This document shows positions 52,801 through 64,000 of a stretch of DNA of 64,000 nt, piece after piece. The stretch is from Saccostrea cucullata. Its lineage: Eukaryota. The stretch is from NCBI RefSeq assembly GCF_032062105.1, contig NW_026927380.1:186001-250000 (forward strand), given 5' to 3'. The position numbers were made by a program, and so were the translations under genes. How positions within the stretch are numbered: position 1 is the first letter of the stretch; the number at the start of each line of letters is the position of its first letter. Under the pieces are notes generated by a model, which was given only the letters and a program-made list of their open reading frames with translations, was not told the DNA's origin and searched no databases.

Positions 52801-55800
52801 TCCTAATCTCACACATGTCTCATATTCTCATAATATCAGACATGTCTAAAATTCTCAAAAATCTGGAACCTGTCTCATGTTACAGGCTCAGACATGTCTT
52901 GTATTCTCATAATCTCAGACTTGTCTCATTGAAAAATATACATTTATATTGAATTGTTGAATATATTATATTTACGATTTTCATTTCCAGTTCTATGCAA
53001 GTCCCTGATGTGAAGATGAGTCATCTGCAGAAAAAGTCTATCAGCAAGCTAGCTACCAGACTAGCCAAGCTATATGAGATCCCTAATGGTAATATGATTT
53101 TATTGACAGAAAACAAAAACAACAATTTAATATCTTATTTTTGTCCTGTTTGTGCTATTTCCACCCATTGTTATTTTCACACTCTTGGACTTTTACACAC
53201 ATGTATTTAAAACTTGTATGTCAGCGGACACTCACAAGACACTGACCCATCTACCGGTTTTGATGAAATGTTTATTTTTTTTACCTGATTTTAATAAATC
53301 TTTAGACTGTTTTGCTTTCACATCATGAATGACTTGGTATAAATTGAAATCCATCATTCTACACTTCTACAAAGTACATGCATATATGAATGTATAAAGA
53401 GCTAGGTTTACTGCAATTTTTCTAGATCTTATACCCAATATAGTCACAGCCAGAGGTCTTGGAGCATTAAAATTTCTTCTTTATAAGAGGTATATTGAGG
53501 TAAGAAGTTCCTGATTTTACACAGACAGAATAATGTACTGAATTTATTGTAGCAGAGATTTATGCTTTTGATACATTTGTAAGTTAGTGTAAAATTATTA
53601 GCACCTCCAGGATATGGAACCTTGTACATGTATAGTCCTAATTCATTATTGCAACTATCAATTGCCTAAATTTGATCAAATTTTGAATACATTGAAGAAC
53701 ATGTATAGTGAAACTAAGTGCATGTACTACCTGTACTTGTACATATGTCAGTTTTAGGTGTGATAGCTCAGATTCATTATGATCAATTTTACCAGTTAAG
53801 CCTATATATCATTTGAAAACTCTTTTTAAGAAAAGTTAGAAAAAAAATTTTGCCTGCCAAATGCTGAAAGAGAAGTTTTTTTCTAAGGTTTCTTATTCTT
53901 TATTTTATTAGAATGGCATGGCCACTGGGAGTTGGGAAGACATGGTGCAGAATGCGGTGGGTGACAATGAAACTTTACAGCTGGAGCTAGTGGAACAGCT
54001 GCTTTGTTATAATGAGGTCAAGGCCTCAGCTAAGTGGGCCAATTTCTACAACCTTCCCGATGACAAATTATCCATTCCGGTGAGAGAGGAGAGGAAACGC
54101 TTGGCTGAGTAAGATGACTTCTAGGTTTTTTGAAAAATTTCTCTTCCAAGGACAATTAGGTACCTTTACAATATCAAATCCCTCGAGAATAAAAAAGGTA
54201 CTCAATTTTTCATTTAAACCAAATATTATTCTTTTCATCTTTTATTTGCAATTTGTCAGTTTGAAATCAATCTATGACAATTAATATTCGCAACTAAGGA
54301 AATATTCTCTATGACCACAAAACAAAATTAATGGTTCACAATGATTAATGTTCACGTATTAAAGTAAGTCGCAAAACTTGTGGATATTTCTCAATGTGAA
54401 TAAAATTGGTTTGCAGTCAATCAGTTTTATCATGAATTAATCATGATATTCAAAAAAAACACACGGTAAACTTGTCATTTCAATAATTCAGGGGTCTTGG
54501 CTCAGAGCCTGCTGCAGGGCCTTCGGAGGAGAGCTGGGAGGATGAACTAATGCCGGTGGATGATATGGAGGCTTATTACTATAAACTCAAGCTGGACCCC
54601 TCCAATATACAGTTTGTGGACACCAAGGAAAAATACCAAGAGTTTATCTCTGTTGTGTCCAAGGTACTCAGAGGTTAAAATTTTTTTGTTATGAGATTGG
54701 ATTGCAGTTTTTTTTCATATGTAAAGTAAATTTTGTATAAGCAATACTTTATTTACAGCCAGACAATGTGATTGGAGTTGACTCTGAATGGAAACCATCA
54801 TTTGGAAATTCTGTTCAAAGGTTTGCCACCCAAATACATGTACATGAGTTATGCTGTATTTTCGTCAAAATTTAAATGACAGCAAAGTTTTTATGGCTTA
54901 ATGGATAGGTTCTTCACAATTAATTTCAGAAATTTTTTTTTGTTTTCAAAATATACATGTACAATGTAATGCATTATAATCTCTCTGCAGAATAGCCCTT
55001 ATGCAGTTTGCCACAATGAATCAGATTTTTCTGCTGGATATGATAGCTCTCAATTCAGTGTTGTCGAGCAGTGACTGGCTTTTATTGGCAACAGCAGTGT
55101 TTTGCAACGAGGACGTTTTAAAACTTGGTCAGTGTTTGATGGTTTATTTTAAATCATCAAGTCTAAAATGTGTGAAAAAAGCATATGCACAAAACAGTCA
55201 ACCAGTTATATTTACATTCAGTGTAATTTTCTTTATGAAATCCATTAGAAATTCAGGGTGTTCAAATCTCTATAACACACATGAAACCTTGTCACCACAC
55301 GTTAAAATACACAGTAGGAACTATATGCATTTTCAATACTCTAGAATATCAAAATGTACATTATTTCGACTGAATTTAGTTCAAAACTATAATCCTGTTA
55401 CATTTACGTAAAAATACAACAAACGTGTGTTTATAATTAATTTGTCACTTTTTTTCCTCGCAATGTTCGTTTGCGTTATTTAACTTTGCAACGTCAAAAA
55501 CGGCTGTTACGTCTATAAAGCACACCAGTTTTGCAGGGCGCTAAATTCACGTTAAAGATTACCGAAATAAACAGTAACGTTATGGAGAGGAAAAATTAAA
55601 GAATGTAAATACGGTAAACTTCGTTATCTCGACATCGACGGGACAGTCGGAAAATGTCGAGATATCCGAGGTGTCGAGATATCAGAGTTGAGACTCGACG
55701 TCCTTAATTTTACTGCATAGTAAAACGAAAGACCTAAACTGAATAGACGTGTACCTACAGGTACCTATATGTCTTCAATTAGACTGTAGCTCGGTTGTTT

Positions 55801-58800
55801 CAGCTATCATTCTACATTTATTAGAAAATCTAAGAAGTTATTCACAAATGTTATTTATGAAATGCTTTCTTTTTTTATCGAAATCTTCTCATTTCACTAA
55901 ATTCGTTTTCCATCCAGCATTCGATCCGCGTGCCATAAATAGCAGCCATTAGCTCTGTCAGAACAGGATACGAAATGCGCTTTATAAACTCCGAACCGGA
56001 ACGGTGCAAAGTCGACTTCCGAGATACGGAAAAAAATTAATGCGTATATTTTTTAAATTATTTCATTTCACATCTTTTTTATTTCATAATCATTCATCAT
56101 TTATTTTCAATATTAATTTTCAAACCAAAATTTAAATGGAATTGGGCATTTAACAAAACTTACCTATGCATCCATATTACGGCTGATGCAGTAGTCGTGC
56201 ATGTCGTAAGTTTGATTGATTCGTGTTGAATGCATTTTTACCACAATTTTTAAGTTAAATTGAATCCAATGTGTATATGATTTATTGTTATTCAGTTACC
56301 TTTTTTTTAAATAAAATGTTTAAGTTTTGTTAGATTTCGACAAAAATAAACGGTTGTACATTTACGCCGAATTGAGAAGATTTACCAATGATAATTACCC
56401 AAGCTGAATATTAAACAATTAACGTATTAGAGACTCCCAGTCTACAAATACATTTTTACAGAGCAGTACGTAGTCAAAACATGGGTGGGAAAGGTGTGAA
56501 TTTCTTACGACGTCGAGATAAACGAGGTCGTCCGTGCGTGACGAGCGACCAGCTGACAAACAATTAGGTTAAGTAGAGCAGAAAATTGCACCGATGTCGA
56601 CATATACCAGGTAAATTTTCCTCTTGGGGCTGTGAAATACGTCGAGATAAGCGGGGTAGTCGACATTACCGAGGTCGACATATCAGAGTTTTTGCACATC
56701 ATTTATATAGTAAATAATGTCGGGACCGCGGACCGACGTCGACATATCCCAGGTTGTCGATATATCCGATGTCGAGATACCGAAGTTTACCTGTATAAGC
56801 AATGAATTCATATTTTGGGATGTCTTTGGTCCTATAACACACCTGGCCGTGCCGACAAATTATCATACTACTAACGCGCGATATTTAATTTGTTGGCACG
56901 GCCAGGTGTGTTATAGGACGGAAGACATCCCAAAATATGAATTCAATGCTTAAATACAGTGTACTTAAGAAAAAAAACCCTTTTCTTTGAGTGATCTACA
57001 AGAACGAATTTTAGAGGAGACTGCAAATAAAGTGCTGTGTGGTAGATTTCTTAAATGTTTATTTATTTATTCCATTATTTAAATGATAAAGAGTAATACA
57101 TCTTTATAGATTATGAAGAATTTACTGTTGCTAATGAATATTTAACCTTGATCAAAGGTATGAAGAACTAAAATTAAAAAACCATCTGAGTATCTGATTT
57201 GAAATGTAAGGAAGTAACCAGTCACTATGAGTCATCCAATTTGACTAATACTGATGAAGTAAATTTTCTTTATTTCCAGGTTATGGATTTGATGCTGACT
57301 TGAAAATGATGGTAAAATCGTATCCTTTCTTGAAAGAACCACTAACCAAGATGAAAAGAACAGTGGATTTGGAAAAGTTAGCTGTAAAGGTTTGTTGGTC
57401 TTCTCTATAAGGAATCACATTTTCCAGGAAAAAAAAAAGATTAAAAAAATACAACTCCCTGCTCAGTGGCCATAAGTGCCAGGACCTTCCTCTTACAGTT
57501 GATGGAATCGTGATTTGAGTGTAATATACTAAATGGAACTTAAAAAAAAACATCGTTTTGCAAGTTGTAAAAAAAATAATTTTTTCTAAATAAAAGACTA
57601 TAACTAATAAAATAACTACAGATTAATTTCATATTACGGACATAATGGGGTACCTGTTTCTTAAACATTTCTTAACACTCTTTTTTATAGTGTGAAAAAT
57701 AGAACCCAAGTGATGAAATGTTGCACAAATGTATCTGTTTACTTTTATACATGTTTTGTGGCGTCGGTAGTCTAGTGGTTAAGGTGCCGGACTCTAACCG
57801 AAAGGTTGCGAGTTTGAATCCTGGCCGTGGCAAGTCGACATTGTGTCCTTGGGAAAGGCACTTTACACAAATTTCCTCACTCCACCCAAGTGTAAAATGG
57901 GTACCTGGCAATAGACAGTGAAAGATGTCAGAATATTAGTGTTCTAGCGCCTTAACAGCAGCTTGCACTGAGAAAGATTCTGGATTGTTATGGTCTGCTG
58001 GGGTAATAATGTATTGTAAAGTGCTTTGAGTAGCATTTATGCTAGAAAGGCGCTATATAAAAACAAACATTATTATACCCCCCGCTTGAAAAGTGGGAGG
58101 GTATATAGTAATCGGTATTTCCTCCGTCTGTACGTCCATCCGTCTGTTACGCTTTGGGGTACCCATCTCTTATCCGCAACTCCTCTTATACCACTGAGTG
58201 AAATTTAATGAAACTTTCACAGAATCTTTATTACATATTGCCATTGTGCACCTCCTATTTTACTTTTTGATCCGACACATATTTTGGGTTTCCCGGCCAC
58301 TACAAAACATGGACTTTTCCATTATAATCATATGGGAGGCAGGGGGTATTATTTAGTGAGCTCATTGCTCACAGTACCTCTAGTTATTTATTATTATTAT
58401 TACATGTATATTGAGCTAGGTTCAGTTTTTTGTATATTTTGCGGTTTGTAGGTGATAGACAAGGCCATCAACTTAATGCCAGATGACAAGGGGGATTCTG
58501 ATGAGGAGGGGCTGGAGGATAAAGACAGCGGCATCAACGTCAAATTCCAGAAAACGGAGGAGAGAGGTGGGTGGACTGATGACCCTTGAGATCTCATTTA
58601 CTTTTATCAATATAGAGTAATATACATATAGTACCAAACAAAAATGCTTGCATTATGTAGATCACCATGTATGAAATTAAGAATTCATTCTCTGTTGATG
58701 TTATGATATTTTTTTTCAGGTTTGAGTGAGTTAGTTCGTCAGTGTCTAGGCAAACCACTAAATAAAGGGGAGCAAATGTCAAACTGGGAGAAACGCCCCC

Positions 58801-61800
58801 TTCGCCCCACACAAGTCCAATATGCAGGTAAAGAAAACATCTTATTGAATTGCATTTTTGTTGACGTAGATATAAATCGATGATTTTGGACATACTGAAT
58901 ACTAGGATCTTCACTGCCTAGATAATCAAGGATTTTGGATATGCTGAATACATGTACTAAGAATATTAACTTCACTGTTATTTTGTAAATCTGTTCATTT
59001 TTGGCCACAGCACTAGATGCTTTTGTTCTGCTGGAGGTCTATGACTGTATGGTTCAAACTGCCAAAAGAGAGAACATGAACATCGACTTAGAACCAGCAG
59101 TCACTGTCAAGTGGAGCAAGGAAAGCAGACTAGACAGACTGAGAGCCAAAGCCAAGGGTCAACAGCCTCCAAAGTCAGCAAAGCCACAGGTACATATATA
59201 GAATAGATGACAATTTAATTTTCATTTAAAAATAAAACAAATTTTAACATTAAAATGGAAAAGTTTGAGTGACTCATTCAAATCATTCAAAGTAAATTTT
59301 GCATTAGTTGTTTACCTAGTGTTATGGGTATGGCATTTTAGAGTTGCATGGTGTAAGTCTAGTTTTAATGATTTGTTGCTCATTTCTATTTTGCTTCTGT
59401 ATATTCTGTTTTCATAACAGGTACCACAGAATGCCTCTTATTTGGGGATGGAGATGGAACCTGGTCAGCTGAGGGTGGTGGTGGACTCCATGTTACAGGG
59501 TCTAGGGCAACAACTCAGGGGGTGTGGGGTGGACGTCTTCATACTGAACTATGACGAGGGTCATGAGAAGGCTATTGAGGTAATTAGTTCACACTGTAAC
59601 ACCGAAACTATATATTTACAAGACAGTTTGCAGCAATTACAGATTTTTCATAGGGATATAGAGATTGATCATCCAAAGCTCTCAATATTATAAAGATCAC
59701 TCTCCATATTTTTACTTAGAGAGTGGTCATCCCAAATACTTTTATAAAACACTTACCGTGTTGAACTTTAGAAATATTGAACAAAAAAAATTGCTAGGAA
59801 TGTTCTGTTATGTAATAAACACAATTTTTACTGTGAAAAAATATGTGATCTCTCTCTTACTGAATAATTTTAATAATTTTGCCAAAAATTTTAACTAAAT
59901 ATTCGATATCATTAAAATCTCTACATTCTTACAAATTCTTTAGGAGATTGTATATTTTTTCCAAACCATAGTTTTGTAAAAAGACAGTGTAGATAAAGCC
60001 ACTTTTTCAAGAAAAAAAATAAATTTATATCAGATTTATTAATGAACCTACTTATTTCCAGGTTGCTATGAAAGAAAACAGAATTATATTGTCATCAGGG
60101 ACACCTTATCAAACAGTAAGCTTATCATCATTTTTCCCGAATACACAATAAAACATGGTTATAGTGAAAAGGCCTATAATGAATTCATGCTCACAGTGAA
60201 GCAACCTTTAACCCCTGTGGTTTTATTTCATAATGTGAACTTCACAGACACAACCAAATATTTTGAATTGAAAATACTGGTTTCTGGTACTTTGCAATTA
60301 GTATGTTTTACTGTGCCTGTACATAAAGTCCTTCTATACTCATGAGCATTGCAACACTTTCTCGTGGTCATTCTACATGCATTATAGCAATCTCTCCACA
60401 AAGTTGTCATACCTTTTATTCACATAAATCTCTGTCAACATTAGGAAGAAATCCATGTTAAAAAATATTTTTGACAGCACATTATTAAACATGTATGATT
60501 CCAATTTTACTTTGCAGATTTGCTCTCAATTAGGACCAGAGAGATGTTTCCATGTTGTAAATACTCTGCCAGCAAAGGAGCAAATTGTGGACGTTCTGAG
60601 GCACTTTAAAGTCAGAGTCAGAAAAGAGGACATATTCAGTCGATGTCAAGTGAGTGCCAAGATTTTTTTAACTTGAATAATTCCCAATAATGGCTTATTT
60701 CATATACAGGATGACAGCCTGTAAATATAAATTAGGGGTGGGACGATACACAGATCTTGCAATACGATACGTATCTCGATATATTAGCATGATACGATAC
60801 GTATCTCGATATTATGATATTAAACTATTATAAAAAAGTATTTTATTTCATTTTCTGTCTTGACATTAATTTAACTGTTACATGATAAATTATAAAACTA
60901 TGCAAAAGAATTAGTATTTTATTTCATTTTTGTTTTGTCGTGACATTAAATCAACAAATTATTCTTAGACTATATAAAATCATGTGTGCTTTGAAATTAA
61001 TACTTAAAGTTCATCAATTTCATTGATTAAAACTTTATAAAAACAATAATACGTGTACAAATTATTGTTACCAAATTTCTATAAACAAGTTGTTTACAAA
61101 CAGTTGAGTTGTTCATCAAAGAACACTGACTAAAATTTCCTACAAAAAACAGCATATTTACATTTTAATCAATTCCTGCAAGTCTGTAGCCTAGTTAAGA
61201 TTACAAAAAAGCACGAGATGGACTAACAATTAGTAATATCAAATGTTCTGGAAATGATGCTTTCTGTGTATAGCACGCATTACATACTAAACTTTTCTTG
61301 TTCAATCTTCCGAGGCTGCTTAAAAGGGAAAATGTTTTACCCCTAATCAACAACTTATTAGTTCAACATTATGTTTTCAATATCATCATCGTCTCTTCGC
61401 TTCGTACAAGCCGCCATTTTCCAAGGACAAGTACTTTCATTTTCAATCTTTGGATAGGTCCTTCGTGTATCGTTTCGTACCGATATTTGAATGCTTGTAT
61501 CGTAAACCGTATCTTAGAGGAAAATATCGATATGTATCGGTGTATCGGTATATCGTCCCACCCCTAATATAAATCAAGTACATTTTGTAATTATATCAAG
61601 TATTAGACTATTCTTTTTATGTTTTGACCAGTAGGTTTGTAACAGTGACTACTTCCTGAAGATCCCATGCAGAGATGTGAGGAAACTGTCAGAAATATTA
61701 ACAAACTCTAGGGAGAGAAGACCAAGGGACAGAACTCCATCTCAGGATAGATGGCAGCAATACATGTTGACCACACATGGCATTGACAGTACAAGTGTTT

Positions 61801-61970
61801 CATTTGCAAAGACAGGCATAGATATTATGATTGATACTGTTCCTCAGAAAATATTTGGTATAGTGGATTTCTTTTACATTTGTGTCAACTGTGGGAAGAT
61901 ATTCTGGGAAGGTCCGCACATGAGTACAGCTTGTGAACAGTTTGCTCATGTTATGAACCTCCAGACTTGA
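49826..61970 (+). CDS. EXD3: Exonuclease mut-7 homolog (EXD3/Nibbler): DEDDy 3'-5' exonuclease plus Mut7-C domain, ~20 coding exons
   Basis: Exons splice in phase from 49826-49925 to 61635-61970. ExoI IGVDSEWKP (54759-54820), ExoII GYGFDADL, GLSELVRQCLGKPLNKGEQMSNWEKRPL, ExoIII QYAALDA. Mut7-C: VVDSMLQGLGQQLRGCGVD, FSRCQVCN, FYICVNCGKIFWEGPH. The first two exons are less certain. Confidence 0.93.
50379..50698 (-). mobile_element. Hairpin-plus-body element, reverse orientation (tentatively Crypton-like)
   Basis: Second IR TTTTGTTATACCCCTT (50379-50394) / AAGGAGTATAACAAAA (50552-50567). TGACGTCA at 50509. Hairpin core 50589-50679. Confidence 0.65.
51506..51685. repeat. Minisatellite, 5 units of ~37-40 bp
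   Basis: GCAGTATTGAACTG.....ATTTTAAGAAA.TT repeated. Confidence 0.8.
52339..52699 (+). mobile_element. Hairpin-plus-body element (tentatively Crypton-like non-autonomous)
   Basis: Hairpin at 52339-52492. Second IR ATAATTTAATTT (52493-52504) / AAATTAAATTAT (52688-52699). TGACGTAA and TGACGTAG motifs. AACCAATCAAA...TGTTACAAG. Confidence 0.7.
52715..52928. repeat. Minisatellite of ~28-bp units
   Basis: ATCTCAGACATGTCT.ATATTCTCA unit repeated several times with divergence. Confidence 0.7.
55207..56952 (-). mobile_element. Hairpin-plus-body element (reverse orientation) interrupted by a Tc1/mariner-type MITE
   Basis: Hairpin at 56796-56952. Removing the insert at 55612-56793 plus one TA restores GAATGTAAATATA, the exact inverse of TATATTTACATTC at 55207-55219. 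Confidence 0.65.
55612..56793. mobile_element. Tc1/mariner (pogo/Tigger-like) non-autonomous element, ~1.18 kb
   Basis: TA|CGGTAAACTTCGTTATCTCGACATCG ... CGATGTCGAGATACCGAAGTTTACCTG|TA, with many subterminal GTCGA(G/C)ATA motifs. Confidence 0.85.
57758..58072 (+). mobile_element. tRNA-derived SINE with CORE-like central domain and L2/CR1-type 3' tail
   Basis: A box TAGTCTAGTGG and B-box-like GAGTTTGAATCC. Central TGTGTCCTTGGGAAAGGCACTTTAC...TTTCCTCA...TGTAAAATGGGTA resembles the CORE domain. Tail TGTAAAGTGCTTTGAG...AAAGGCGCTATATAAA is followed by (ATT)n. Confidence 0.85.
58073..58385 (+). mobile_element. Helentron/HINE (DINE-1-like) element inserted in the SINE (ATT)n tail
   Basis: 5' TTATACCCCC subTIR with nearby partial inverse GGGTATA. 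(GTCY)n-like CCGTCTGTACGTCCATCCGTCTGT. 3' GGGGGTAT subTIR, then hairpin GTGAGC...GCTCAC and a CTAGTT end. Confidence 0.8.
60733..61566. mobile_element. hAT-type MITE (834 bp) in the last EXD3 intron
   Basis: TIR TAGGGGTGGGACGATA / TATCGTCCCACCCCTA, exact 8-bp TSD ATATAAAT, and subterminal CGATAC/GTATCG motifs. Confidence 0.9.
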
Positions 61971-62267
61971 GCATACTATATGGACAATGTTCATGATTAA
62001 ATCTCAGTTGCAATGATATATTTTTTAAACTATCATTTGTCCATTATATGGACCCTTCAGCTATGAAGTTTTGAACTTCCAGCTGTGAGCAAACTGCATG
62101 GATAACGTTCTGAACTAAATTTTCAATAGCCATGATATATTTTTGCTACATGAATTTTTTTTTCAGAAATCAATTGGTTCATTGAAAATAACTGCTTGTC
62201 AATCATGTTTAGATACTATTACATACAAGTACATGTACTTTTTCAAATGTTTAGTACAACAAATTAG

Positions 62268-62302
62268 AATAAAGACATGATGTTGCTTTTAATTGTTTTA
62301 TT
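62268..62302. terminator. Facing polyadenylation signals of EXD3 (+, AATAAA 62268-62273) and the C1orf53-like gene (-, 62297-62302)
   Basis: AATAAA on + and TTTATT on + (AATAAA on -) lie ~24 bp apart in the ~390-bp gap between the two stop codons. Confidence 0.55.
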
Positions 62303-62362
62303 TTTACCGGTAATGTTTCTAAAGCATCACAGAGTACATGTATTTCTATATTGGAATGTTTA

Positions 62363-63714
<1,352 letters not shown>

Positions 63715-64000
63715 AGTTTCTAGCTGGTTCTTTGTAGGTTTCCCTGGGAAAAAAATCAATTTCAATATGTAAGACATGTCTGTGTTAAAAAACTACTTTG
63801 AAATCACTAATTTTTTGTGGGGGTATAATTTTCGTTAGTTTCGAGGCAAGGAGAGACCCACGAAATGTAAAATTTAATATACATTACTACTAAAACATTC
63901 TCCATCCACGAAATCAAGTCTCCACAAACCAAGATTTTTTCCCTCAAACCTCGAAAATTTGACCCCACAAAAATATGTGATTTTGCAGTAAGTTATTTCA

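Noticed and set aside
56505-56953. Short ORFs within the mariner-type element and adjacent hairpin
   Set aside because: They contain no transposase or recombinase motifs and derive from repeated subterminal motifs.
57760-57830. tRNA-like sequence
   Set aside because: It has a degenerate B box and anticodon arm and continues directly into a SINE body and tail, so it is a SINE head rather than a tRNA gene.

Overview
AT-rich, intron-dense animal genomic DNA. It is most likely a bivalve (oyster-like) genome, inferred from abundant TACATGTA and Helentron-type elements carrying ~170-bp repeats. Manual splicing recovers six genes. CNPPD1 (-) and DIP2 (+) sit head-to-head with start codons only ~190 bp apart. 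They are followed by COPS8 (-), a small class I SAM methyltransferase (+), EXD3/mut-7/Nibbler (+) and a C1orf53/DUF5522-like gene (-) lying tail-to-tail with EXD3. Introns and intergenic DNA hold many non-autonomous elements: hAT MITEs with exact TSDs, a Tc1/mariner-type MITE, Helentron/HINE copies, a CORE-like tRNA SINE and a Kolobok-like element. Most notable observations: (1) DIP2 appears to lack one conserved coding exon, leaving a phase clash. (2) The methyltransferase's best-fitting 5' splice site reads ATAAGC rather than GTAAGC. (3) Five sequence-divergent elements share an unusual architecture of a long hairpin plus a body bounded by a second short inverted repeat, with TGACGT/CCAAT motifs. 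(4) There is a candidate 9-nt microexon or alternative terminal exon in the DIP2 inter-domain linker. No prokaryotic-type system or CRISPR array was found.
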